Part shown: piece by piece, positions 12,348-22,180 of the stretch
How positions within the stretch are numbered: the stretch's first letter is position 1
How the letters are laid out: each line of letters opens with the position of its first letter
Origin: a bacterium
GTDB taxonomy: Bacteria; UBA8248
Direction of reading: 5' to 3'
DNA length: 64,000 bases
NCBI GenBank assembly: GCA_965219955.1
Contig: OZ244799.1
Span: forward strand, 192,001-256,000
The notes under the pieces: model-generated
Told to the model about the DNA's origin: nothing
Seen by the model: only the letters and a program-made list of their open reading frames with translations
Databases searched by the model: none
Translations under genes and position numbers: made by a program

Positions 12348-12911
12348 ATGCCCCCCAGGAAACAAGCAACCAAAAAGAAGCCCGCCCCAAAAGATTTTGA
12401 CCACCGCTTCCGCGCCATCTATGCCAAGGATGTCGAATGGCAGGAAGATGTGAGCAACGATCTGCTTACCCTGCCGCCGGGAGTGAAGGTGAAGATTTTC
12501 GCTCACGATCCGGTGATGAAGCGAATCGACATGAAGGTGAAATTCCCGAAAGGCTATGTAGAGCCCCGTCATACGCACAAGAGCTGGCATTCCATTCTGG
12601 TGACCCGGGGCAGGATGTGCGTGGCGGGCAAGGATTTGAGGCCGGGCGATTACGTTTTCGGGTGGGATTTGCCGCACGGCCCGTATGAATACCCCGATGG
12701 ATGTGAAGTGTTCGTCGTCTTCATGGGCGACGGCACGCAGCATGTCTGGGAAGAAGAAAAGCATCTGAAGCACAAACTGAAATGGGAGGCCGAATCGGCC
12801 GCGGGCAAAAAAGCCGTCGCCAAAGGCGATGCGGCCAGGAAACAGACGTTGGCGGAAAAGAGAGCGGCCGCGAAATCCAAAGCGAAGAGAAAAACACGTC
12901 GTTCGGGGTGA
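12348..12911 (+). CDS. Cupin-domain protein (ChrR-like) with basic tails
   Basis: PRHTH...PGDYVF...PHGP cupin motifs. Confidence 0.75.
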   Translation: MPPRKQATKKKPAPKDFDHRFRAIYAKDVEWQEDVSNDLLTLPPGVKVKIFAHDPVMKRIDMKVKFPKGYVEPRHTHKSWHSILVTRGRMCVAGKDLRPGDYVFGWDLPHGPYEYPDGCEVFVVFMGDGTQHVWEEEKHLKHKLKWEAESAAGKKAVAKGDAARKQTLAEKRAAAKSKAKRKTRRSG

Positions 12912-12915
12912 GGTG

Positions 12916-13935
12916 ATGAGGCCGCAGCGAATCGCCGTAATCGGCGCCGGCGCCTGGGGGACGGCGCTGGCGGATTCGTTCTCGGGAATCGGCCACGAGG
13001 TGATGCTCTGGGTGTTCGAGGCCGACCTTTGCGCCCGCATGGCGTCGAACCGCGAGAATGATTTGTACCTCCCGGGCATCGCCCTGCGCGATGATTTGCG
13101 TTTCACGTCCGATCTGGCGGAAGCCGCCTCGGCGGGCCAGGATTTCCTCGTGAGCGTGATGCCGAGCCACGTCGTCCGGGCGGTGTGGTCGAAGCTGGCG
13201 CCTTCGGTTCACGAGGAAACGCTCATCACAAGCGCCACGAAGGGCGTGGAAGAGAATACTCTGCTCCTGTCCACCCAGGTTATCGCAGAATGCCTCGCCG
13301 AGGCGGGCGGCGGCGGGCGCGCCCTCGCCTGTCTCTCGGGTCCTACGTTCGCCCGCGAACTCGCGGAAAGAAAGCCCACGGCCATCACGGCTGCGTCCGA
13401 AGATTCCGGGGCCGCGAAGGCGATCCAGGAGGCGCTCGCAGCACCCAATTTCAGGATATACACGGGCGCTGATCCAGTCGGCGTCCAGTTGGGCGGGGCG
13501 CTCAAGAACGTCATCGCCCTGGCGGCGGGAATCGCGGACGGCATGGAACTCGGCCACAACGCGCGGGCGGCGCTCATCGTGCGCGGGCTGGCGGAAATCG
13601 GGCGCCTGGGCGTGGCGATGGGCGGCAGGGCGGAAACCTTCGCGGGCCTTGCCGGTATGGGCGATCTGGTGCTCACGTGCACGGGAGATCTCAGCCGGAA
13701 CAGGACGGTGGGCGTGCGGCTGGGGAGGGGCGAGCCCCTGCAGAAGATCCTCGAATCCATGACGGCCGTGGCGGAGGGCGTCTCCACCGCGCCGGCGGCC
13801 GTGGGACTGGCGGACAAGTTCGGCGTGGAGATGCCCATATGCCGCGAGGTTCACGCCGTGTTGTTCGAGGGTCGGAGTCCCAGGGACGCCGTGCGCGACC
13901 TCATGGCTCGTCCGCTCAAGGCCGAACTGCCCTAG
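12916..13935 (+). CDS. gpsA: NAD(P)H-dependent glycerol-3-phosphate dehydrogenase
   Basis: GAGAWGTALA, LSGPTFA, GGALKNVIA, GDLVLTC...SRN. Confidence 0.96.
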   Translation: MRPQRIAVIGAGAWGTALADSFSGIGHEVMLWVFEADLCARMASNRENDLYLPGIALRDDLRFTSDLAEAASAGQDFLVSVMPSHVVRAVWSKLAPSVHEETLITSATKGVEENTLLLSTQVIAECLAEAGGGGRALACLSGPTFARELAERKPTAITAASEDSGAAKAIQEALAAPNFRIYTGADPVGVQLGGALKNVIALAAGIADGMELGHNARAALIVRGLAEIGRLGVAMGGRAETFAGLAGMGDLVLTCTGDLSRNRTVGVRLGRGEPLQKILESMTAVAEGVSTAPAAVGLADKFGVEMPICREVHAVLFEGRSPRDAVRDLMARPLKAELP

Positions 13936-14422
13936 GCGGCCGCGCGCAAATGCGGGCAGTTGCGGGGAAATGCGCGGGAGGCGAAAAACTTTTTTTGCCG
14001 CTATATATGAGTGTGTGACGCTCATGTCTATATGATAACCCTTTATATTACAATCGCTTAAACGGGAAATAATTTTCAATAATTTATCGAAAAACCCCGT
14101 AAATTTATCGAATTTTACGGGAAATAGGATTATTTTCATTTCCATCGTTATCCATGAACCCATGAACGCAACTCCCTGGCGAGAAAAAGCCCCCCTGAGG
14201 AAGGTTGGGAGGTCCGCCGCCTTCACTCTCGCTCCAAAGCCTGATTCCATAAAAAAGCCTCCGCGTCTTCCTTTAATTCCAGCCAATGCGGGAAAAACCG
14301 TTTTCCCGCGTCGCGCGCACGATACCGAATCTTGGAAAATGCAGGGATACGGCAAATGCGGGGAAATGCGGGAAAAAGTCGGGTGAGGAGGGGTTGTTGA
14401 AAAATCTCCGAGGAGAGAGAAA

Positions 14423-14601
14423 TCACTCCCCCCTTGAGGGGGAGTCGATGAGGTGAGGGTGCAAACCCGAAACCGAATCGGTGGGGGGTATAATTCGGAA
14501 TGGCAAGAAAACGCATTCTCCCCCCCACATCGGCCTTCGCACAAACCGCTCGGCCTCTGTCGGGCTTTCCCCTCGGGAAGTCCGACCCCCTCAAGGGGGG
14601 A
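14423..14601. repeat. ~180-bp palindromic element (TCACTCCCCCCTTGAGGGGGAGTCG family), copy 1
   Basis: Colinear with 22869-23054; terminal inverted repeats ccccttgagggg/cccctcaagggg. Confidence 0.8.
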
Positions 14602-14811
14602 GGGAGTTTTACCATCAATAGAGGGAAGAGATTCCGTAGGGGCGGCTCGCGAGCCGCCCGTGCTTCTTGGAGAACGCCGTCATTCCGGCGTCAATTCCGG
14701 CCGAGGTGAAGATTCCCCATAGGGGCGGACCCGCGTGTCCGCCCGCAAGGTTCCTCAATCGACTACCATCCCCCCTTGCTTCTCCCCGCGCAATCGGCGA
14801 AAAGATAACGC

Positions 14812-17800
14812 ATGAGTCCGGTCAACCGAAACTTGACGACGGCGGTGGAGAATTACTTCTCCGATCTCTCGCGCATCCGCGCATCGGGCGGAGCGACGGG
14901 GGAGCGATCATACTACCCGGCTCTCGACAACCTTATCGGGGCCGTTGGCGGTGTGCTAAGACCCAAGGTGTTTTGCATCCCCGAACTCGCGAATCAGGGC
15001 GCGGGCCATCCCGATTTCGGCCTCTATGCGGCGAAGCAGGTGCAAAGGGGCGAACCCCGCGCGGGCCAGACGCCAGAGCGCGGCGTGGTGGAAGTGAAGT
15101 CCGCAGAAGAAGACGCCTGGCTTACGATGGAATCCGATCAGGTGAGCCGCTACTGGAACCGCTACCACCTCGTACTGGTCACGAACACGCGCGATTTCCT
15201 CCTTTTGGGCGAAAAGGCGGGACAGCCGGCCAAGCTGGAATCTTTCCGTCTGGCCGAGAACGTGGAAGACTTCGAGCGGCGTCTGGAAAGACCCCGCGCC
15301 TTCGCCCGCAGCATGGGAGCCGGACTGGCGGAATACTTGACCCGCGCCCTGTCCCATCAGGCGGCCATCGCGGAGCCGAAGGATTTGGCGTGGCTTTTGG
15401 CGTCCTATGCGCGCGACGGTCTCTCACGTGTCGAGCGCATCGATGCGGCGGGAGACGCGCTGGCCGCGCTGCGGGGCGCGCTGGAAGAGGGCCTAGGCGT
15501 CCGCTTCGAGGGGGAGCGAGGGACGCGATTTTTTCACTCCACTCTCGTGCAGACGCTCTTCTACGGCGTCTTCTCCGCATGGGTGCTCTGGGCGAGACAA
15601 CCGACCCGGCAAACGGACGCTTTCAACTGGCGCGAGGCCGTCTGGCATCTGCGCGCGCCCGTCCTCGCCGCGTTGTTTCAGGAGGTCGCGGCCCCCAACC
15701 GCCTGCAACTTTTCGATCTGGTCGAAGTGCTCGACTGGACCGCCGCCGCACTGGATCGCGTGGACAGGGAGGCCTTCTTCGCACAGTTCAATGAGGGCGA
15801 GGCGGTTCCCTATTTCTACGAGCCGTTTCTGGAGGCCTTCGACCCTGCGCTCAGGAAGCAACTCGGCGTGTGGTATACGCCGAACGAGGTCGTGCGCTAC
15901 ATGGTCGCCCGCGTGGACAAGGCGTTAAAAGACGATCTCGAAATCGCCGAAGGCCTGGCGGCGGAAAACGTCTACGTGCTCGACCCTTGCTGCGGCACGG
16001 GGGCCTATCTGGCCGAAGTCCTGCGGCGCATCAATGCGAATCTGGCGGGCCAGGGCTTGGGCGCGCTCGCGGGCGCGCGGGTGAAGGAAGCGGCCCTGAA
16101 TCGCGTGTTCGGCTTCGAGATTATGCCCGCCCCCTTCGTCGTCGCGCATTTGCAGGTCGGCCTCGCCCTGGATGGACTCGGCGCGCCGCTGGCGGATGAG
16201 GAGCGCGCGGGCGTATTCCTCACCAACGCGCTCACCGGCTGGGAGCCCGGGGCGAACAGGCCGCTCCCCTTTCCTGAACTGGAAGAGGAGCGCGACCGCG
16301 CGGAGCGTGTAAAACAAGAGACACCCGTTCTCGTGATTCTCGGCAACCCGCCCTACAACGGCTTCGCGGGCGTGGCCGTGGATGAGGAGCGCGAGCTGTC
16401 GAACGCCTACCGGGCGACGCGGCGCGTCCGAAAACCCGAAGGGCATGGGCTGAACGACCTCTACGTGCGCTTTTTCCGCATGGCGGAACGGCGCATCGTG
16501 GAGAAGACGGGCCGGGGGGTGGTGTGCTTCATCTCAAACTATTCCTGGCTCGACGGACTTTCCTTCCCCGGAATGCGCGAGCGTTATCTGGAAGCCTTCG
16601 ACGCCGTGCGGATCGACAACCTGCATGGTGACCGCATTATCTCGGAATATGCTCCTGACGGGCGAACCAGTGAAACAGTCTTCGCGCTTCGTGGACAATC
16701 ACCAGGTATCAAGGTCGGCACGAGTATCGCTTTGTTCACCAAGTCGGGAGTCGCCGAGACATCGACGGAAGGGCGTGTTCAATATCGCGATTTCCACCAG
16801 GCCAAAGCTGAAGATAGACGACTGGCGTTGTTGGAGAGTCTCAACGCCGCCGACCTCGACGCAGGCTATTCGACCCTGGAGCCTAACCTTAAACTCGGTT
16901 TGCCGTTCAAGCCCGCGATAGTGAGCGAAAAATGGTTCGACTGGCCTGCCCTGCTCGAACTGTTTCCGACCGCGTTTCCCGGCGTCAAGACCAGCCGAGA
17001 TTCGTTTCTCGTAGATACCGACCTTGACCGACTTAAAGCCCGCATGGGTGATTACTTTGATCCGGATTTGAGCCACGAAGAGATCGCGCGGCGTTATCCC
17101 CGCGTGATGCAGACCACCGGGCGGTTTGACGCCCGCGCAACGCGCGACGCGCTCCTCGCGCGCGGCGGCCCGAGTGAGAGCGGCTTCATTCGTTTCGCCT
17201 ACCGGCCATTCGACACTCGCTGGCTCTACTGGGAGGCGGAAACAAAACTGCTTGATGAGAAGCGCGCCGAATACAAACCGCACGTGTTTGAGGAGAACAT
17301 GTGTTTTGTCCTACAAAACGCGGCGAGACCTGATCTGTCTCCTCCTTTACTTATTAAAGAGATAGGTGATCTCAATCAGATGAATAGTGGTGTCTATTGT
17401 GTCCCCGTATGGCTCGACGCAGACGAGCTAGACATGGCCAATGGTGGGCATCGCCCGAATCTTTCCGAAGCGGCGCAAGGCTACCTGAAGCGTGTCGGCG
17501 GGAGTATTGAGGATTTGTTCCACCATACCCTCGCTACGCTACACGACTTTACCTACCAAGAAGATAATGCGGACGCTTTGAGAGCAGAAGGCCCGCGTAT
17601 TCCACTCCCCGGCTGGCCGAACGGCGGAGGGAAAGACGCTGCGGAGATTTTGGCCGAATCCGCCGCGCGGGGCCGCGAACTCGCGGCATTGCTCGACCCC
17701 GAGACGCCCGTTCCGGGTGTAACCCAAGCTCCCCTGAGACCTGAGATGGCCGCCGTCGCCGTTCCCGCCACGGAGCGCGGAAGCCAGATGACGGGCGATG

Positions 17801-18165
17801 ATTTCTCCGTAACGGCAGGGTGGGGACACTTCGGAGCGGGAGACGCCGTGATGCCCGGCGCGGGCCGCGCCGTCGAGCGGGCCTGGACGGATGAGGAACG
17901 CGTCGCCCTGTGCGATGCGCTGTCCGCCCTCGGCGAGACGGCTTTCGACGTATATCTCAACGAGTGCGCCTTCTGGCGGGGCGTCCCTGCAAAGGTATGG
18001 AGCTACAAGCTCGGCGGCTACCAGGTTTTGAAGAAGTGGCTCTCCTATCGCGAGCAGACCATTCTCGAACGTCCCCTTAAGCCGGAAGAAGTCCGGCACT
18101 TCACCGACACGGCGCGAAGAATTGCGGGGATTTTGATGCTGACGGATGGAAATACGCAATGCTGA
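14812..18165 (+). CDS. Single-chain Type IIG/IIL restriction-modification enzyme (N6-adenine MTase + PD-(D/E)xK nuclease + TRD)
   Basis: N-terminal PDF...VEVK, motif I LDPCCGTG, motif IV GNPPY, C-terminal YRPFD...LGGYQVLKKWLSYR typical of the type ISP/LlaBIII-like TRD. Confidence 0.88.
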   Translation: MSPVNRNLTTAVENYFSDLSRIRASGGATGERSYYPALDNLIGAVGGVLRPKVFCIPELANQGAGHPDFGLYAAKQVQRGEPRAGQTPERGVVEVKSAEEDAWLTMESDQVSRYWNRYHLVLVTNTRDFLLLGEKAGQPAKLESFRLAENVEDFERRLERPRAFARSMGAGLAEYLTRALSHQAAIAEPKDLAWLLASYARDGLSRVERIDAAGDALAALRGALEEGLGVRFEGERGTRFFHSTLVQTLFYGVFSAWVLWARQPTRQTDAFNWREAVWHLRAPVLAALFQEVAAPNRLQLFDLVEVLDWTAAALDRVDREAFFAQFNEGEAVPYFYEPFLEAFDPALRKQLGVWYTPNEVVRYMVARVDKALKDDLEIAEGLAAENVYVLDPCCGTGAYLAEVLRRINANLAGQGLGALAGARVKEAALNRVFGFEIMPAPFVVAHLQVGLALDGLGAPLADEERAGVFLTNALTGWEPGANRPLPFPELEEERDRAERVKQETPVLVILGNPPYNGFAGVAVDEERELSNAYRATRRVRKPEGHGLNDLYVRFFRMAERRIVEKTGRGVVCFISNYSWLDGLSFPGMRERYLEAFDAVRIDNLHGDRIISEYAPDGRTSETVFALRGQSPGIKVGTSIALFTKSGVAETSTEGRVQYRDFHQAKAEDRRLALLESLNAADLDAGYSTLEPNLKLGLPFKPAIVSEKWFDWPALLELFPTAFPGVKTSRDSFLVDTDLDRLKARMGDYFDPDLSHEEIARRYPRVMQTTGRFDARATRDALLARGGPSESGFIRFAYRPFDTRWLYWEAETKLLDEKRAEYKPHVFEENMCFVLQNAARPDLSPPLLIKEIGDLNQMNSGVYCVPVWLDADELDMANGGHRPNLSEAAQGYLKRVGGSIEDLFHHTLATLHDFTYQEDNADALRAEGPRIPLPGWPNGGGKDAAEILAESAARGRELAALLDPETPVPGVTQAPLRPEMAAVAVPATERGSQMTGDDFSVTAGWGHFGAGDAVMPGAGRAVERAWTDEERVALCDALSALGETAFDVYLNECAFWRGVPAKVWSYKLGGYQVLKKWLSYREQTILERPLKPEEVRHFTDTARRIAGILMLTDGNTQC

Positions 18166-18689
18166 AACTGGACTGGGGCGACGCACAGATATGGATGGAC
18201 ACGGCGGAGATGCTGTACCTGCAGAATGCTAAGAATCCAGGAGAATTTTTTCCGAGGGCAGATTATCCGCGCATGAACGAGTTGAACGTAGCAAACGTAT
18301 GCGCCGGATATGCGTTTGAACTGATATTCAAAGTTCTGGCGAGAGCGGGCGGCAAGCAACCCGAACCCGTACACAAACCGAGCGTTGCCTATGGGTGTCT
18401 TGAGCAAGAAGGAAAAGATTTGGTCAACCGGATTGTCGTCGATCATGGGTGGAACAACCCCGATGAGTTGCTGGAATTTCTCGACGAAGAACTTTGCCAT
18501 AGGGATCGCAAATACTGGATGCGCCCACCGAAAGGCGGAAAGGCGCGGGGAACATTCCACTCCGGCGGACGAAAAGGATTGGATGCTCTCAAGAGATTGC
18601 ACAAGGAACTTTCTAAATTGGCGATAAAAAGAATAGAGGACAACCAGGATGGTTATGAAGATTGGTCGGGTACAGATCAACGCTTATAG
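18159..18689 (+). CDS. Hypothetical protein, possibly HEPN-like, overlapping the RM stop codon
   Basis: 176-aa ORF, AGYAFELIFKVL helix followed by a His and later RKY; lower GC than surroundings. Confidence 0.55.
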   Translation: MLKLDWGDAQIWMDTAEMLYLQNAKNPGEFFPRADYPRMNELNVANVCAGYAFELIFKVLARAGGKQPEPVHKPSVAYGCLEQEGKDLVNRIVVDHGWNNPDELLEFLDEELCHRDRKYWMRPPKGGKARGTFHSGGRKGLDALKRLHKELSKLAIKRIEDNQDGYEDWSGTDQRL

Positions 18690-18706
18690 ATTTAGAGGAC
18701 GGGCAA

Positions 18707-18889
18707 ATGACTGACCCCATAATCGCCGAGGTCCGGGCCGCGCGGGATGCGCACGCGGCGCGCTTCAGTTACGACGTGGCGGAAATTTTCCGGGACATCC
18801 GGGCCATGCAGGAAGCATCCGGTTCCGAATACGTCCGCGATCCCGCGCGCCTCGTCGCCGCAATGCCCGACGATTCCCCATCGCCGTAA
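18707..18889 (+). CDS. Small hypothetical protein (antitoxin-like DPIIxEVRxxR family)
   Basis: GAGGAC RBS, MTDPIIAEVRAARDAHAARFSYDV. Confidence 0.6.
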   Translation: MTDPIIAEVRAARDAHAARFSYDVAEIFRDIRAMQEASGSEYVRDPARLVAAMPDDSPSP

Positions 18890-19002
18890 TGCCGGGCGCG
18901 GGCGGACACCCAGGTCCGCCCCTACACACCCCTGCAACCTTTTTGCTTCCTCCCCGGGATTGTTGAAAAAGCTCCCCCTCCTCAGGGGATAAAGGCAACC
19001 CC

Positions 19003-19446
19003 CTATCCCCCTCCCAGATACGCGCCGAGATTTTCGAGGCATTCGCCCCAGCCTCCGTGGTGCTCGTCGCGCATGTTCTCGTCCGGGAATCCCTCGTGCG
19101 TGAGGGTAACAGTGGTCTCATCGCCCTCTCCGGTGAAATCGATGCTCACGAGAGTCTCGGGATAATCCCACTCCCCCCGCTCCCAGCGGAAGGTGAAGAC
19201 GAGCCGCTCGGGAGGATTTATCTCGACGAACGCGCCGTTCAGGTAGAACGACTCGCCCTCGTCCGTCCGCATCTCCACGCGGTATTTCCCGCCGACCGTC
19301 AAATCCATCTCCACTTGAGGCACGGTGTGCCCCTCCGTTCCCCACCATTTCTTTAACGTCTCCGCCTGGGTCCACGCGGCGAAGACTTTCTCTATAGGCG
19401 CCTGGAAGGTTCGTTTGATGAGCAGCGTCGTTTTCGTTTCGATCAT
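19003..19446 (-). CDS. SRPBCC/AHSA1-domain protein
   Basis: RTFQAPIEKVFAAWT...PPERLVFTFRW...HHGGWGECL. Confidence 0.9.
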   Translation of the reverse strand: MIETKTTLLIKRTFQAPIEKVFAAWTQAETLKKWWGTEGHTVPQVEMDLTVGGKYRVEMRTDEGESFYLNGAFVEINPPERLVFTFRWERGEWDYPETLVSIDFTGEGDETTVTLTHEGFPDENMRDEHHGGWGECLENLGAYLGGG

Positions 19447-19785
19447 TTCGAAGTCTCCGTGTCTGTTGTTTCATCGAGATAGCGGGCGAGGGCATCGAAT
19501 CCCTCCTCCCCAGAACCGCTGGTGGAAAGCGAGCCATTCGGACGCCTCGCGCATCGGTTCGGCTTCGAGTCTCAGGCGATGGACGCGGCCTTTCTTTTCC
19601 CTGCGGATGAGGCCGGCGCGTTCCAGAACGCGCAAGTGTTTCGAGACCGCCGGCAGGGAAATATCAAAAGGGGCGGCCAGGCCGGTGACGGTGGCTTCCC
19701 CCCGGGAGAGGCGCGAGAGGATGGCCCGTCTCGTGGGGTCCGAGAGCGCGGAGAAAGTGGCGTCGAGATCGGCTTGCGCGTTCAT
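19443..19785 (-). CDS. ArsR/SmtB-family regulator with an apparent +1 frameshift near the 3' end
   Basis: FSALSDPTRRAIL...AVSKHLRVLERAGL; removing one G at ~19508-19511 gives WEEGFDALARYLDE...* overlapping the SRPBCC ATG. Confidence 0.85.
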
Positions 19786-19942
19786 GGGTCGGCATACCCT
19801 CCTTCCTGGGGGGGGCGGAAAAGCGATGTCCCCCTGACGAAGAGGTGGAAGAAAAGCCCCCCTGACAAGGGGGGTTGGGGGGTTGCTCCCTTGAAAAAAC
19901 CCCTCCAAGGGGTTGGTAACTCCCCCAATCGAGAGCGTTCAC

Positions 19943-20080
19943 CGTCATTCCGGCGAAAGCCGGAATCCATTTTTACGCCTTTTGCCTTTCGCCCGGGTTC
20001 CCGCGCATCGGCGGGGAATGAAACGCCGCCGCGTATTCACCCGCACCCGCAAATGGATTCCGGCTTTCGCCGGAATGACG
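19943..20080. repeat. CGTCATTCCGGCGAAAGCCGGAATCCA-family palindromic repeat, copy 2
   Basis: Perfect ~30-bp inverted ends. Confidence 0.85.
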
Positions 20081-20124
20081 AGCAAAAGCGGATTCGGCAT
20101 GCCTCCCTCCTCGGCGGGTTGATC

Positions 20125-20643
20125 TCAATACGCCCAGCCGAACCCGGTGATGTATCCCCGGAGGTAGCATATCTGCCCGCAGTGCTGGTGATAGTCGGAG
20201 GCCACTCTCCCCAGGTATTCTCCGGTTTTGATGGCGTTGCCGCCGATGTCGGTCATCTCCTTTTCGAGGTCCTCCGCCGAAAGCGCTTCCAGGGTGGAAA
20301 GCGTTCTCGCCCGAGTGGCGTTGGCGTATCCGATGAGGTCTTGTTTCGTGCATTTGAGGCTCATCACCTGCTCGAGCGAATCCCCGAAGCCGATTTGTTT
20401 CGGCTCGGGCGCCATATCGAATTTCTCGTGCCATTTCTCTGCGATCCAGATCTGCTCCTCTCCGGCGACGGCCGCCATCGCGCAATCCTCGACCCTCGTC
20501 TTGTGCCACATCAGCCAGCCGATGGGGTTGTCCTGGTCGCTGGGCCGTTTCATGAGGTCCGCATCGTCGAGACCCTTCAGGGCCCGTTTCACGAGGCCGT
20601 CGCTCATCTCGAAGGTGAAGGCGATCATCTGCGCTCCGTTCAT
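20125..20643 (-). CDS. DinB-family protein
   Basis: NPIGWLMWH...ED, C-terminal HQHCGQICYLRG. Confidence 0.85.
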   Translation of the reverse strand: MNGAQMIAFTFEMSDGLVKRALKGLDDADLMKRPSDQDNPIGWLMWHKTRVEDCAMAAVAGEEQIWIAEKWHEKFDMAPEPKQIGFGDSLEQVMSLKCTKQDLIGYANATRARTLSTLEALSAEDLEKEMTDIGGNAIKTGEYLGRVASDYHQHCGQICYLRGYITGFGWAY

Positions 20644-20722
20644 GGGAACTCCCTTTTTTGAGTAGTGCGTGGAATGATTTGGTGATTCACCATATAACTC
20701 CCGGTTTCCGGTTCTGTGTTCT

Positions 20723-21133
20723 TCAGATTAGCTTCTCTTCGCGGTGGATGACGCCGATGATCAGGCCGAACACGCCGAATTGCAGCAGCAGATAGAGCGT
20801 TTCCATCCAGATGAACGCAGGCGCTCCCGGCACCTCCTGCTTGGCGACGAAGGCGAGCACGTGGGAAGTCCAGAAAAAGGCGCCCGTTACGAGCGCGAAC
20901 CTGAACCCTCGCCCAAAAGTTGTCCCCTTGGTTTTCATCATCGGAAACAGGGCGCAGAGCAGAACGCCCTGGAGCACGATGGTCAGCAGACCGACAAGAA
21001 AGTTCGGCTCTCCCTCGAAGTAGCCGAACGATTCGTATCTCTCCTTGAATAGAAAGACATGCCAGACCACGGCGAGAAAGAACGTGCAGATCGTATAGGC
21101 GGCGGTTCCCAGGATCAGCTTTTTGGCGTCCAT
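20723..21133 (-). CDS. Hypothetical 4-TM membrane protein
   Basis: Hydrophobic ORF with GGGAG RBS. Confidence 0.7.
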   Translation of the reverse strand: MDAKKLILGTAAYTICTFFLAVVWHVFLFKERYESFGYFEGEPNFLVGLLTIVLQGVLLCALFPMMKTKGTTFGRGFRFALVTGAFFWTSHVLAFVAKQEVPGAPAFIWMETLYLLLQFGVFGLIIGVIHREEKLI

Positions 21134-21311
21134 CACTACTCCCTCATGCCCGGGCTCAGGGAGGACATCTCGTCTGCAGTTGAAACTGCGGCGGATGGCC
21201 TCTTCGGCGGGAAGCCTCCCGCCTGGATTGTTCGGCCCGGTAAGCCGGAAATGATTCTTGCGCCGCTCATGGAATGCTCCTGTATCAGGTTAGTTATGAA
21301 ATGCTTAATGA

Positions 21312-21327
21312 TTAACCATATGGTTAA
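21312..21327. promoter_or_regulatory. Perfect palindrome, putative ArsR-family operator
   Basis: TTAACCATATGGTTAA in an AT-rich divergent promoter region. Confidence 0.6.
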
Positions 21328-21464
21328 CTATATAGCATTCCGAACTAACGGTCAACTTGCCGCCGGGACAGGATTTGCGATCGTCCGCCTTGTCGGGGAG
21401 CGGGTTATGGGCCATGCTTGCGTGGTGTTCGCCTCGCCGCCCGAGGACCGAGACGGGTGAGTCC

Positions 21465-22180
21465 ATGAAATCGTTTCTCTTGAGACCCCTGGCCTGGATG
21501 CTCGCCGTACTCCTGCTGCCCGCCTGCTGGGGGGCGGCGCTCGCGTTCGGCAAGAATCTCCCGGCCGCTTTTCTCTTGAGGAGCGGGAGTTCATATATGC
21601 CTGCGGCCGAGGGCTGGGCCTTCATCGCGGGCGCCTGCGCATACGCCGTCTGGCATCGCCTGGCGCCGCCTGAGTTTCTCTACGCCTTCGTGCACGAGTT
21701 CACGCACATGGCCTTCGCCCTCCTCACGGGGGAGAAGGTGCGTTCGTTCGAAGTGAACCGCGGGAGCGGGAAGGTGGGCTTGAGCGGCACGAACCCGATC
21801 ATCACGCTGGCGCCTTATTTTTTCCCGCTCCTGACGATAGCGGTGTTGATTCTGGGAGCGCTGCTCGACTGGACATTCGGATACGAGGAGATTCGCTGGG
21901 CGGTGGCGTTTCTCTCAGGCCTCACGCTGTGTCTGCACGTGCTCATGACGCTGCGCGCGCTGGGCGCGTCGCAGCCCGACATCGCGCGCGGCGGAAGGAT
22001 TTTCTCCTGGCCTTCATCTTTTTCTTCGGGCTCGTCTTCATCGGCGGCGCGGCGCTCGTCTCGGCGGGCGGGTGGAGTATGGCGGCCTTATACGGCGTCT
22101 CCATCTGGCGCGAAAGCCTGGATGCGTATGCGCTGCTCCTCGGCCTGGTGGAGCACGTCGCCTGGAGCCTCGGATCGTGA
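21465..22180 (+). CDS. Membrane zinc metallopeptidase-like protein (M50B-like) with an apparent 1-nt deletion at ~22007
   Basis: HEFTH motif, LAPYFFP; the hydrophobic C-terminus continues in another frame to 22180. Confidence 0.7.

Noticed and set aside
12721-14544. 607-aa minus-strand ORF
   Set aside because: Antisense to gpsA and runs through non-coding repeats; no domain signal
14390-19000. RM locus as a tRNA-integrated genomic island or prophage
   Set aside because: No integrase, att duplication or phage genes are visible
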